Below are positions 13,461-28,000 of a DNA stretch of 64,000 nucleotides, in pieces. Location of the stretch: positions 211,048,001-211,112,000 of the forward strand of contig OZ024741.1 of the NCBI GenBank assembly GCA_964016885.1, in the 5' to 3' direction. Position numbers and translations under genes: made by a program. The notes below the pieces were generated by a model. It had not been told where the DNA came from, ran no database searches, and saw only the letters and a list, made by a program, of their open reading frames with translations. Position 1 is the stretch's first letter. Each line of letters begins with the position of its first letter. Source of the DNA: Eledone cirrhosa (taxonomy: Eukaryota).

Positions 13461-16400
13461 CTATCTCAGCCACAGTCCACTGTCTCATCCTCAGTCAACC
13501 TATCTCAGCCACAGTCCACAGTCTCAGCCTCAGTCCACCTATCTCAGCCACAGTCTCACTGTCTCAGCCTCAGTCCACTCTCTCAGCCACAGTCCACTTA
13601 TGTCAGTCTCAGTCCACTGTCTCAGCCAGAGTCCACTGTCTCAGCCTCAGTCCACTGTCTCAGCCACAGTCCACAGTCTCAGCCTCAGTCCACCTATCTC
13701 AGTCTCAGTCCACCTATCTCAGTCTCAGTCCACCTATCTCAGCTTCAGTCCACCTATCTCAGCCACAGTCCACCTATCTCAGCCTCAGTCCACTGTCTCA
13801 GTCTCAGTCCACTCTCTCAGCCACAGTCCACTGTCTCAGCCACAGTCCACCTATCTCAGCCTCAGTCCACTGTCTCAGTCTCAGTCCACTGTCTCAGCCA
13901 CAGTCCACCTATCTCAGCCACAGTCCACCTATCTCAGCCACAGACCACTTATCTCAGTCTCAGTCCACCTATCTCAGTCTCAGTCCACTGTCTCAGCCTC
14001 AGTCCACCTATCTCAGTCACAGTCCACCTATCTCAGTCTCAGTCCACTGTCTCAGCCACAGACCACTTATCTCAGTCTCAGTCCACCTATCTCAGCCTCA
14101 GTCCACTGTCTCAGTCTCAGTCCACTGTCTCAGCCACAGTCCACTGACTCAGCCACAGTCCACCTATCTCAGCCCCAGTCCACTGTCTCAGTCTCAGTCC
14201 ACTGTCTCAGCCACAGTCCACCTATCTCAGCCACAGTCCACCTATCTCAGCCACAGACCACTTATCTCAGTCTCAGTCCACCTATCTCAGTCTCAGTCCA
14301 CTGTCTCAGCCTCAGTCCACCTATCTCAGTCACAGTCCACCTATCTCAGTCTCAGTCCACTGTCTCAGCCACAGACCACTTATCTCAGTCTCAGTCCACC
14401 TATCTCAGTCTCAGTCCACCTATCTCAGCCTCAGTCCACCTATCTCAGCCACAGTCCACTGTCTCATCCTCAGTCAACCTATCTCAGCCACAGTCCACAG
14501 TCTCAGCCTCAGTCCACCTATCTCAGCCACAGTCTCACTGTCTCAGCCTCAGTCCACTCTCTCAGCCACAGTCCACTTATCTCAGTCTCAGTCCACTGTC
14601 TCAGCCACAGTCCACTGTCTCAGCCTCAGTCCACTGTCTCAGCCACGGTCCACAGTCTCAGCCTCAGTCCACCTATCTCAGTCTCAGTCCACCTATCTCA
14701 GTCTCAGTCCACCTATCTCAGCTTCAGTCCACCTATCTCAGCCACAGTCCACCTATCTCAGCCTCAGTCCACTGTCTCAGTCTCAGTCCACTGTCTCAGC
14801 CACAGTCCACTGTCTCAGCCTCAGTCCACTGTCTTAGCCTCAGTCCACCTATCTCAGTCTCAGTTCACTGTCTCAGCCACAGTCCACTGTCTCTATCTCG
14901 GTCCACCTATCTCAGCCACAGTCCACTGTCTCAGCCACAGTCCACTGTCTCAGCCACAGTCCACTGTCTCAGCTACAGTCCACTGTCTCAGCCACAGTCC
15001 ACTGTCTCAGCCTCAGTCCACTGTCTCAGCCACAGTCCACTTATCTCAGCCTCAGTCCACTGTCTGAGTCTCAGTCCACCTATCTCAGCCACAGTCCACT
15101 TATCTCAGCCACAGTCCACTGTCTCAGCCTCAGTCCACTGTCTCAGCCACAGTCCACTGTCTCAGCCACAGACCACTTATCTCAGTCTCAGTCCACCTAT
15201 CTCAGCCACAGTCCACTTATCTCAGTCTCAGTCCACTGTCTCAGCCACAGTCCACTGTCTCATCCTCAGTCCACCTATCTCAGCCACAGTCCACAGTCTC
15301 AGCCTCAGTCCACCTACCTCAGCCTCAGTCCACCTATCTCAGCCACAGTCCACGTATCTCAGCCACAGTCCACTGTCTCAGCCACAGTCCACTGTCTCAG
15401 CCTCAATACACCTATCTCAGCCACAGTCCACTGTCTCAGCCACAGTCCACTGTCTCAGCCTCAGTCCACTGTCTCAGCCACAGTCCACCTATCTCAGCCA
15501 CAGTCCACTGTCTCAGCCACAGTCCACCTATCTCAGCCTCAGTCCACTGTCTCAGTCTCAGTCCACTGTCTCAGCCACAGTCCACTGTCTCAGCCTCAGT
15601 CCACCTATCTCAGCCACAGTCCACTTATCTCAGTCTCAGTCCACTGTCTCATCCTCAGTCAACCTATCTCAGCCACAGTCCACTGTCTCAGCCTCAGTCC
15701 ACTGTCTCAGCCACAGTCCACAGTCTCAGCCTCAGTCCACCTATCTCAGTCTCAGTCCACCTATCTCAGTCTCAGTCCACCTATCTCAGCTTCAGTCCAC
15801 CTATCTCAGCCACAGTCCACCTATCTCAGCCTCAGTCCACTGTCTCAGTCTCAGTCCACTGTCTCAGCCACAGTCCACTGACTCAGCCACAGTCCACCTA
15901 TCTCAGCCCCAGTCCACTGTCTCAGTCTCAGTCCACTGTCTCAGCCACAGTCCACCTATCTCAGCCACAGTCCACCTATCTCAGCCACAGACCACTTATC
16001 TCAGTCTCAGTCCACCTATCTCAGTCTCAGTCCACTGTCTCAGCCTCAGTCCACCTATCTCAGTCACAGTCCACCTATCTCAGCCTCAGTCCACTGTCTC
16101 AGCCACAGACCACTTATCTCAGTCTCAGTCCACCTATCTCAGTCTCAGTCCACCTATCTCAGCCTCAGTCCACCTATCTCAGCCACAGTCCACCTATCTC
16201 AGCCACAGTCCACTGTCTCATCCTCAGTCAACCTATCTCAGCCACAGTCCACAGTCTCAGCCTCAGTCCACCTATCTCAGCCACAGTCTCACTGTCTCAG
16301 CCTCAGTCCACTCTCTCAGCCACAGTCCACTTATGTCAGTCTCAGTCCACTGTCTCAGCCAGAGTCCACTGTCTCAGCCTCAGTCCACTGTCTCAGCCAC

Positions 16401-16839
16401 AGTCCACAGTCTCAGCCTCAGTCCACCTATCTCAGTCTCAGTCCACCTATCTCAGTCTCAGTCCACCTATCTCAGCTTCAGTCCACCTATCTCAGCCACA
16501 GTCCACCTATCTCAGCCTCAGTCCACTGTCTCAGTCTCAGTCCACTCTCTCAGCCACAGTCCACTGTCTCAGCCACAGTCCACCTATCTCAGCCTCAGTC
16601 CACTGTCTCAGTCTCAGTCCACTGTCTCAGCCACAGTCCACCTATCTCAGCCACAGTCCACCTATCTCAGCCACAGACCACTTATCTCAGTCTCAGTCCA
16701 CCTATCTCAGTCTCAGCCCACTGTCTCAGCCTCAGTCCACCTATCTCAGTCACAGTCCACCTATCTCAGTCTCAGTCCACTGTCTCAGCCACAGACCACT
16801 TATCTCAGTCTCAGTCCACCTATCTCAGCCTCAGTCCAC
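11347..16839. repeat. Higher-order tandem duplication, period 2733 bp, overlapping the 1734-bp pair
   Basis: Markers at 11412/14145, 12157/14890, 13146/15879 and ATGTCAG 13600/16333 are all offset 2733. Confidence 0.9.
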
Positions 16840-19003
16840 CTATCTCAGCCACAGTCCACCTATCTCAGCCACAGTCCACTGTCTCATCCTCAGTCAACCT
16901 ATCTCAGCCACAGTCCACAGTCTCAGCCTCAGTCCACCTATCTCAGTCTCAGTCCACCTACCTCAGCCTCAGTCCACCTATCTCAGCCATAGTCCACCTA
17001 TCTCAGCCACAGTCCACTGTCTCATCCTCAGTCAACCTATCTCAGCCACAGTCCACAGTCTCAGCCTCAGTCCACTGTCTCAGTCTCAGTCCACTGTCTC
17101 AGCCACAGTCCACTGTCTCAGCCTCAGTACACCTATCTCAGCCACAGTCCACTGTCTCAGCCTCAGTACACCTATCTCAGTCTCAGTCCACTGTCTCAGC
17201 CTCAGTCCACTGTCTCAGCCACAATCCACCTAACTCAGCCAGAGTCCACTGTCTAAGCCACAGTCCACTGTCTCAGCCTCAGTCCACTGTCTCAGCCTCA
17301 GTCCACCTATCTCAGCCACAGTCCACCTATCTCAGCCACAGTCCACTGTCTCAGCCTCAGTCCACCTATCTCAGCCACAGTCCACATATCTCAGTCTCAG
17401 TCCACCTACCTCAGCCTCAGTCCACCTATCTCAGCCACAGTCCACGTATCTCAGCCACAGTCCACTATCTCAGCCTCAGTCCACTGTCTCAGTCTCAGTC
17501 CACAGTCTCAGCCACAGTCCACTGTCTCAGCCACGGTCCACCTATCTCAGCCACAGTCCACTGTCTCAGCCTCAGTCCACCTATCTCAGCCACAGTCCAC
17601 CTATCTCAGCCACAGTCCACTGTCTCAGCCTCAGTCCACCTATCTCAGCCACAGTCCACCTATCTCAGCCACAGTCCACTGTCTCAGCCACAGTCCACTG
17701 TCTCAGCCTCAGTCCACTGTCTCAGCCTCAGTCCACCTATCTCAGCAACAGTCCACTGTCTCAGCCACAGTCCACTGTCTCAGCCTCAGTTCACTGTCTC
17801 AGCGACAGTCCACTGTCTCAGCTACAGTCCACTGTCTGAGCCACAGTCCATTGTCTCAGCCTCAGTCCACTGTCTCAGCCTCAGTACACCTATCTCAGCC
17901 ACAGTCCACTGTCTCAGCCTCAGTCCACCTATCTCAGCCACAGTCCACCTATCTCAGCCACAGTCCACTGTCTCAGCCACAGTCCATTGTCTCAGCCTCA
18001 GTCCACTGTCTCATCCTCAGTACACCTATCTCAGCCACAGTCCACTGTCTCAGCCTCAGTCCACCTATCTCAGCCACAGTCCACCTATCTCAGCCACAGT
18101 CCACTGTCTCAGCCACAGTCCATTGTCTCAGCCTCAGTCCACCGTCTCAGCCTCAGTACACCTATCTCAGCCACAGTCCACTGTCTCAGCCACAATCCAC
18201 CTATCTCAGCCAGAGTCCACCGTCTCAGCCACAGTCCACTGTCTCAGCCACAGTCCACTGTCTCAGTCTTAGTCCACTGTCTCAGCCTCAGTCCACCTAT
18301 CTCAGTCTCAGTCCACCGTCTCAGCCTCAGTCCACCTATCTCAGTCACAGTCCACTGTCTCAGCCACAGTCCACTGTCTCAGCCACAGTCCACCTATCTC
18401 AGCCACAGTCCACCTATCTCAGCCACAGTCCACTTATCTCAGTCTCAGTCCACTGTCTCAGCCACAGTCCACTGTCTCAGTCTCAGTCCACTGTCTCAGC
18501 CTCAGTCCACTGTCTTAGCCTCAGTCCACCTATCTCAGTCTCAGTCCACTGTCTCAGCCACAGTCCACTGTCTCTATCTCGGTCCACCTATCTCAGCCAC
18601 AGTCCACTGTCTCAGCCACAGTCCACTGTCTCAGCCACAGTCCACTGTCTCAGCTACAGTCCACTGTCTCAGCCACAGTCCACTGTCTCAGCCTCAGTCC
18701 ACTGTCTCAGCCACAGTCCACTTATCTCAGCCTCAGTCCACTGTCTCAGTCTCAGTCCACCTATCTCAGCGACAGTCCACTTATCTCAGCCACAGTCCAC
18801 TGTCTCAGCCTCAGTCCACTGTCTCAGCCACAGTCCACTTATCTCAGTCTCAGTCCACTGTCTCAGCCACAGTCCACTGTCTCATCCTCAGTCCACCTAT
18901 CTCAGCCACAGTCCACAGTCTCAGCCTCAGTCCACCTACCTCAGCCTCAGTCCACCTATCTCAGCCACAGTCCACGTATCTCAGCCACAGTCCACTGTCT
19001 CAG

Positions 19004-22000
19004 CCTCAGTCCACTGTCTCAGCCACATTCCACTGTCTCAGCCACAGTCCACCTATCTCAGCCACAGTCCACTGTCTCTGCCACAGTCCACTGTCTCAGC
19101 CACAGTCCACTGTCTCAGCCTCAGTCCACTGTCTCAGCCTCAGTCCACCTATCTCAGCCACAGTCCACTGTCTCAGCCACAGTCCACTGTCTCAGCCACA
19201 GTCCACTGTCTCAGCCTCAGTCCACTGTCTCAGCCAGAATCCACCTATCTCAGCCACAGTCCACTGTCTCAGCCTCAGTCCACTGTCTCAGCCACAGTCC
19301 ACCTATCTCAGCCACAGTCCACTGTCTCAGCCACAGTCCACCGTCTCAGCCACAGTCCACTGTCTCAGCCTCAGTCCACTGTCTCAGTCTCAGTCCACCT
19401 ATCTCAGCCACAGTCCACTGTCTCAGCCTCAGTCCACCTATCTCAGCCACAGTCCACTGTCTCAGCCACAGTCCACTGTATCAGCCACAGTCCACTGTCT
19501 CAGCCTCAGTCCACTGTCTCAGTCTCAGTCCACCTATCTCAGCCACAGTCCACTGTCTCAGCCACAGTCCACTGTCTCAGCCACAATCCACCTATCTCAG
19601 TCTCAGTCCACTGTCTCAGCCACAGTCCACTGTCTCAGTCTCAGTCCACCTATCTCAGCCACAGTCCACTGTCTCAGCCTCAGTCCACTGTCTCAGCCAC
19701 AGTCCACTGTCTCAGCATCAGTCCACCTACCTCAGCCTCAGTCCACTGTCTCAGCCTCAGTCCACTGTCTCAGCCACAGTCCACCTATCTCAGCCACAGT
19801 CCACTGTCTCAGCCACAGTCCACCGTCTCAGCCACAGTCCACTGTCTCAGCCTCAGTCCACTGTCTCAGTCTCAGTCCACCTATCTCAGCCACAGTCCAC
19901 TGTCTCAGCCTCAGTCCACCTATCTCAGCCACAGTCCACTGTCTCAGCCACAGTCCACTGTATCAGCCACAGTTCACTGTCTCAGCCTCAGTCCACTGTC
20001 TCAGTCTCAGTCCACCTATCTCAGCCACAGTCCACTGTCTCAGCCACAGTCCACTGTCTCAGCCACAATCCACCTATCTCAGTCTCAGTCCACTGTCTCA
20101 GCCACAGTCCACTGTCTCAGTCTCAGTCCACCTATCTCAGCCACAGTCCACTGTCTCAGCCTCAGTCCACTGTCTCAGCCACAGTCCACTGTCTCAGCCT
20201 CAGTTCACCTATCTCAGTCTCAGTCCACTGTCTCAGCCACAGTCCACTTATCTCAGCCAGAGTCCACTGTCTCAGCCACAGTCCACTGTCTCAGTCTCAG
20301 TCCACCTATCTCAGTCTCAGTCCACCTATCTCAGTCTCAGTCCACTGTCTCAGCCACAGTCCACTGTCTCAGCCTCAGTCCACCTATCTCAGCCTCAGTC
20401 CACTGTCTCAGCCACAGTCCACTTATCTCAGCCTCAGTCCATCTATCTCAGTCTCAGTCCACCTATCTCAGTCTCAGTCCACCTATCTCAGCTTCAGTCC
20501 ACCTATCTCAGCCACAGTCCACCTATCTCAGCCTCAGTCCACTGTCTCAGTCTCAGTCCACTGTCTCAGCCACAGACCACTTATCTCAGTCTCAGTCCAC
20601 CTATCTCAGCCTCAGTCCACCTATCTCAGCCACAGTCCACCTATCTCAGCCACAGTCCACTGTCTCATCCTCAGTCAACCTATCTCAGCCACAGTCCACA
20701 GTCTCAGCCTCAGTCCACCTATCTCAGTCTCAGTCCACCTACCTCAGCCTCAGTCAACCTATCTCAGCCATAGTCCACCTATCTCAGCCACAGTCCACTG
20801 TCTCATCCTCAGTCAACCTATCTCAGCCTCAGTCCACTGTCTCAGTCTCAGTCCACTGTCTCAGCCACAGTCCACTGTCTCAGCCTCAGTACACCTATCT
20901 CAGCCACAGTCCACTGTCTCAGCCTCAGTACACCTATCTCAGTCTCAGTCCACTGTCTCAGCCACAGTCCACTGTCTCAGCCACAATCCACCTAACTCAG
21001 CCAGAGTCCACTGTCTCAGCCACAGTCCACTGTCTCAGCCTCAGTCCACTGTCTCAGCCTCAGTCCACCTATCTCAGCCACAGTCCACCTATCTCAGCCA
21101 CAGTCCACTGTCTCAGCCTCAGTCCACCTATCTCAGCCACAGTCCACCTATCTCAGTCTCAGTCCACCTACCTCAGCCTCAGTCCACCTATCTCAGCCAC
21201 AGTCCACGTATCTCAGCCACAGTCCACTATCTCAGCCTCAGTCCACTGTCTCAGTCTCAGTCCGCAGTCTCAGCCACAGTCCACTGTCTCAGCCACAGTC
21301 CACCTATCTCAGCCACAGTCCACTGTCTCAGCCTCAGTCCACCTATCTCAGCCACAGTCCACCTATCTCAGCCACAGTCCACTGTCTCAGCCTCAGTCCA
21401 CCTATCTCAGCCACAGTCCACCTATCTCAGCCACAGTCCACTGTCTCAGCCACAGTCCATTGTCTCAGCCTCAGTCCGCTGTCTCAGCCTCAGTACACCT
21501 ATCTCAGCCACAGTCCACTGTCTCAGCCTCAGTCCACCTATCTCAGCCACAGTCCACCTATCTCAGCCACAGTCCACTGTCTCAGCTACAGTCCACTGTC
21601 TCAGCCTCAGTCCACTGTCTCAGCCTCAGTCCACCTATCCCAGCCACAGTCTACTGTCTCAGCCACAGTCCACTGTCTCAGCCTCAGTTCACTGTCTCAG
21701 CCACAGTCCACTGTCTCAGCTACAGTCCACTGTCTGAGCCACAGTCCATTGTCTCAGCCTCAGTCCACTGTCTCAGCCTCAGTACACCTATCTCAGCCAC
21801 AGTCCACTGTCTCAGCCTCAGTCCACCTATCTCAGCCACAGTCCACCTATCTCAGCCACAGTCCACTGTCTCAGCCACAGTCCATTGTCTCAGCCTCAGT
21901 CCACTGTCTCATCCTCAGTCCACTGTCTCAGCCTCAGTCCACTGTCTCAGCCACAGTCCACCTATCTCAGCCACAGTCCACTGTCTCAGCCACAGTCCAC

Positions 22001-25000
22001 CGTCTCAGCCACAGTCCACTGTCTCAGCCTCAGTCCACTGTCTCAGTCTCAGTCCACCTATCTCAGCCACAGTCCACTGTCTCAGCCTCAGTCCACCTAT
22101 CTCAGCCACAGTCCACTGTCTCAGCCACAGTCCACTGTATCAGCCACAGTTCACTGTCTCAGCCTCAGTCCACTGTCTCAGTCTCAGTCCACCTATCTCA
22201 GCCACAGTCCACTGTCTCAGCCACAGTCCACTGTCTCAGCCACAATCCACCTATCTCAGTCTCAGTCCACTGTCTCAGCCACAGTCCACTGTCTCAGTCT
22301 CAGTCCACCTATCTCAGCCACAGTCCACTGTCTCAGCCTCAGTCCACTGTCTCAGCCACAGTCCACTGTCTCAGCCTCAGTTCACCTATCTCAGTCTCAG
22401 TCCACTGTCTCAGCCACAGTCCACTTATCTCAGCCAGAGTCCACTGTCTCAGCCACAGTCCACTGTCTCAGTCTCAGTCCACCTATCTCAGTCTCAGTCC
22501 ACCTATCTCAGTCTCAGTCCACTGTCTCAGCCACAGTCCACTGTCTCAGCCTCAGTCCACCTATCTCAGCCTCAGTCCACTGTCTCAGCCACAGTCCACT
22601 TATCTCAGCCTCAGTCCATCTATCTCAGTCTCAGTCCACCTATCTCAGTCTCAGTCCACCTATCTCAGCTTCAGTCCACCTATCTCAGCCACAGTCCACC
22701 TATCTCAGCCTCAGTCCACTGTCTCAGTCTCAGTCCACTGTCTCAGCCACAGACCACTTATCTCAGTCTCAGTCCACCTATCTCAGCCTCAGTCCACCTA
22801 TCTCAGCCACAGTCCACCTATCTCAGCCACAGTCCACTGTCTCATCCTCAGTCAACCTATCTCAGCCACAGTCCACAGTCTCAGCCTCAGTCCACCTATC
22901 TCAGTCTCAGTCCACCTACCTCAGCCTCAGTCAACCTATCTCAGCCATAGTCCACCTATCTCAGCCACAGTCCACTGTCTCATCCTCAGTCAACCTATCT
23001 CAGCCTCAGTCCACTGTCTCAGTCTCAGTCCACTGTCTCAGCCACAGTCCACTGTCTCAGCCTCAGTACACCTATCTCAGCCACAGTCCACTGTCTCAGC
23101 CTCAGTACACCTATCTCAGTCTCAGTCCACTGTCTCAGCCACAGTCCACTGTCTCAGCCACAATCCACCTAACTCAGCCAGAGTCCACTGTCTCAGCCAC
23201 AGTCCACTGTCTCAGCCTCAGTCCACTGTCTCAGCCTCAGTCCACCTATCTCAGCCACAGTCCACTGTCTCAGCCTCAGTCCACCTATCTCAGCCACAGT
23301 CCACCTATCTCAGTCTCAGTCCACCTACCTCAGCCTCAGTCCACCTATCTCAGCCACAGTCCACGTATCTCAGCCACAGTCCACTATCTCAGCCTCAGTC
23401 CACTGTCTCAGTCTCAGTCCGCAGTCTCAGCCACAGTCCACTGTCTCAGCCACAGTCCACCTATCTCAGCCACAGTCCACTGTCTCAGCCTCAGTCCACC
23501 TATCTCAGCCACAGTCCACCTATCTCAGCCACAGTCCACTGTCTCAGCCTCAGTCCACCTATCTCAGCCACAGTCCACCTATCTCAGCCACAGTCCACTG
23601 TCTCAGCCACAGTCCATTGTCTCAGCCTCAGTCCGCTGTCTCAGCCTCAGTACACCTATCTCAGCCACAGTCCACTGTCTCAGCCTCAGTCCACCTATCT
23701 CAGCCACAGTCCACCTATCTCAGCCACAGTCCACTGTCTCAGCTACAGTCCACTGTCTCAGCCTCAGTCCACTGTCTCAGCCTCAGTCCACCTATCCCAG
23801 CCACAGTCTACTGTCTCAGCCACAGTCCACTGTCTCAGCCTCAGTTCACTGTCTCAGCCACAGTCCACTGTCTCAGCTACAGTCCACTGTCTGAGCCACA
23901 GTCCATTGTCTCAGCCTCAGTCCACTGTCTCAGCCTCAGTACACCTATCTCAGCCACAGTCCACTGTCTCAGCCTCAGTCCACCTATCTCAGCCACAGTC
24001 CACCTATCTCAGCCACAGTCCACTGTCTCAGCCACAGTCCATTGTCTCAGCCTCAGTCCACTGTCTCATCCTCAGTACACCTATCTCAGCCACAGTCCAC
24101 TGTCTCAGCCTCAGTCCACCTATCTCAGCCACAGTCCACCTATCTCAGCCACAGTCCACTGTCTCAGCCACAGTCCATTGTCTCAGCCTCAGTCCACCGT
24201 CTCAGCCTCAGTACACCTATCTCAGCCACAGTCCACTGTCTCAGCCACAATCCACCTATCTCAGCCAGAGTCCACCGTCTCAGCCACAGTCCACTGTCTC
24301 AGCCACAGTCCACTGTCTCAGTCTCAGTCCACTGTCTCAGCCTCAGTCCACCTATCTCAGTCTCAGTCCACTGTCTCAGCCACAGTCCACTGTCTCAGCC
24401 ACAGTCCACCTATCTCAGCCACAGTCCACCTATCTCAGCCACAGTCCACTTATCTCAGTCTCAGTCCACTGTCTCAGCCACAGTCCACTGTCTCAGTCTC
24501 AGTCCACTGTCTCAGCCTCAGTCCACTGTCTTAGCCTCAGTCCACCTATCTCAGTCTCAGTCCACTGTCTCAGCCACAGTCCACTGTCTCTATCTCGGTC
24601 CACCTATCTCAGCCACAGTCCACTGTCTCAGCCACAGTCCACTGTCTCAGCCACAGTCCACTGTCTCAGCTACAGTCCACTGTCTCAGCCACAGTCCACT
24701 GTCTCAGCCTCAGTCCACTGTCTCAGCCACAGTCCACTTATCTCAGCCTCAGTCCACTGTCTCAGTCTCAGTCCACCTATCTCAGCGACAGTCCACTTAT
24801 CTCAGCCACAGTCCACTGTCTCAGCCTCAGTCCACTGTCTCAGCCACAGTCCACTTATCTCAGTCTCAGTCCACTGTCTCAGCCACAGTCCACTGTCTCA
24901 TCCTCAGTCCACCTATCTCAGCCACAGTCCACAGTCTCAGCCTCAGTCCACCTACCTCAGCCTCAGTCCACCTATCTCAGCCACAGTCCACGTATCTCAG

Positions 25001-28000
25001 CCACAGTCCACTGTCTCAGCCTCAGTCCACTGTCTCAGCCACATTCCACTGTCTCAGCCACAGTCCACCTATCTCAGCCACAGTCCACTGTCTCTGCCAC
25101 AGTCCACTGTCTCAGCCACAGTCCACTGTCTCAGCCTCAGTCCACTGTCTCAGCCTCAGTCCACCTATCTCAGCCACAGTCCACTGTCTCAGCCACAGTC
25201 CACTGTCTCAGCCACAGTCCACTGTCTCAGCCTCAGTCCACTGTCTCAGCCACAGTCCACCTATCTCAGCCACAGTCCACTGTCTCAGCCTCAGTCCACT
25301 GTCTCAGCCACAGTCCACCTATCTCAGCCACAGTCCACTGTCTCAGCCACAGTCCACCGTCTCAGCCACAGTCCACTGTCTCAGCCTCAGTCCACTGTCT
25401 CAGTCTCAGTCCACCTATCTCAGCCACAGTCCACTGTCTCAGCCTCAGTCCACCTATCTCAGCCACAGTCCACTGTCTCAGCCACAGTCCACTGTATCAG
25501 CCACAGTCCACTGTCTCAGCCACATTCCACTGTCTCAGCCACAGTCCACCTATCTCAGCCACAGTCCACTGTCTCTGCCACAGTCCACTGTCTCAGCCAC
25601 AGTCCACTGTCTCAGCCTCAGTCCACTGTCTCAGCCTCAGTCCACCTATCTCAGCCACAGTCCACTGTCTCAGCCACAGTCCACTGTCTCAGCCACAGTC
25701 CACTGTCTCAGCCTCAGTCCACTGTCTCAGCCAGAATCCACCTATCTCAGCCACAGTCCACTGTCTCAGCCTCAGTCCACTGTCTCAGCCACAGTCCACC
25801 TATCTCAGCCACAGTCCACTGTCTCAGCCACAGTCCACCGTCTCAGCCACAGTCCACTGTCTCAGCCTCAGTCCACTGTCTCAGTCTCAGTCCACCTATC
25901 TCAGCCACAGTCCACTGTCTCAGCCTCAGTCCACCTATCTCAGCCACAGTCCACTGTCTCAGCCACAGTCCACTGTATCAGCCACAGTCCACTGTCTCAG
26001 CCTCAGTCCACTGTCTCAGTCTCAGTCCACCTATCTCAGCCACAGTCCACTGTCTCAGCCACAGTCCACTGTCTCAGCCACAATCCACCTATCTCAGTCT
26101 CAGTCCACTGTCTCAGCCACAGTCCACTGTCTCAGTCTCAGTCCACCTATCTCAGCCACAGTCCACTGTCTCAGCCTCAGTCCACTGTCTCAGCCACAGT
26201 CCACTGTCTCAGCATCAGTCCACCTACCTCAGCCTCAGTCCACTGTCTCAGCCTCAGTCCACTGTCTCAGCCACAGTCCACCTATCTCAGCCACAGTCCA
26301 CTGTCTCAGCCACAGTCCACCGTCTCAGCCACAGTCCACTGTCTCAGCCTCAGTCCACTGTCTCAGTCTCAGTCCACCTATCTCAGCCACAGTCCACTGT
26401 CTCAGCCTCAGTCCACCTATCTCAGCCACAGTCCACTGTCTCAGCCACAGTCCACTGTATCAGCCACAGTTCACTGTCTCAGCCTCAGTCCACTGTCTCA
26501 GTCTCAGTCCACCTATCTCAGCCACAGTCCACTGTCTCAGCCACAGTCCACTGTCTCAGCCACAATCCACCTATCTCAGTCTCAGTCCACTGTCTCAGCC
26601 ACAGTCCACTGTCTCAGTCTCAGTCCACCTATCTCAGCCACAGTCCACTGTCTCAGCCTCAGTCCACTGTCTCAGCCACAGTCCACTGTCTCAGCCTCAG
26701 TTCACCTATCTCAGTCTCAGTCCACTGTCTCAGCCACAGTCCACTTATCTCAGCCAGAGTCCACTGTCTCAGCCACAGTCCACTGTCTCAGTCTCAGTCC
26801 ACCTATCTCAGTCTCAGTCCACCTATCTCAGTCTCAGTCCACTGTCTCAGCCACAGTCCACTGTCTCAGCCTCAGTCCACCTATCTCAGCCTCAGTCCAC
26901 TGTCTCAGCCACAGTCCACTTATCTCAGCCTCAGTCCATCTATCTCAGTCTCAGTCCACCTATCTCAGTCTCAGTCCACCTATCTCAGCTTCAGTCCACC
27001 TATCTCAGCCACAGTCCACCTATCTCAGCCTCAGTCCACTGTCTCAGTCTCAGTCCACTGTCTCAGCCACAGACCACTTATCTCAGTCTCAGTCCACCTA
27101 TCTCAGCCTCAGTCCACCTATCTCAGCCACAGTCCACCTATCTCAGCCACAGTCCACTGTCTCATCCTCAGTCAACCTATCTCAGCCACAGTCCACAGTC
27201 TCAGCCTCAGTCCACCTATCTCAGTCTCAGTCCACCTACCTCAGCCTCAGTCAACCTATCTCAGCCATAGTCCACCTATCTCAGCCACAGTCCACTGTCT
27301 CATCCTCAGTCAACCTATCTCAGCCTCAGTCCACTGTCTCAGTCTCAGTCCACTGTCTCAGCCACAGTCCACTGTCTCAGCCTCAGTACACCTATCTCAG
27401 CCACAGTCCACTGTCTCAGCCTCAGTACACCTATCTCAGTCTCAGTCCACTGTCTCAGCCACAGTCCACTGTCTCAGCCACAATCCACCTAACTCAGCCA
27501 GAGTCCACTGTCTCAGCCACAGTCCACTGTCTCAGCCTCAGTCCACTGTCTCAGCCTCAGTCCACCTATCTCAGCCACAGTCCACCTATCTCAGCCACAG
27601 TCCACTGTCTCAGCCTCAGTCCACCTATCTCAGCCACAGTCCACCTATCTCAGTCTCAGTCCACCTACCTCAGCCTCAGTCCACCTATCTCAGCCACAGT
27701 CCACGTATCTCAGCCACAGTCCACTATCTCAGCCTCAGTCCACTGTCTCAGTCTCAGTCCGCAGTCTCAGCCACAGTCCACTGTCTCAGCCACAGTCCAC
27801 CTATCTCAGCCACAGTCCACTGTCTCAGCCTCAGTCCACCTATCTCAGCCACAGTCCACCTATCTCAGCCACAGTCCACTGTCTCAGCCTCAGTCCACCT
27901 ATCTCAGCCACAGTCCACCTATCTCAGCCACAGTCCACTGTCTCAGCCACAGTCCATTGTCTCAGCCTCAGTCCGCTGTCTCAGCCTCAGTACACCTATC

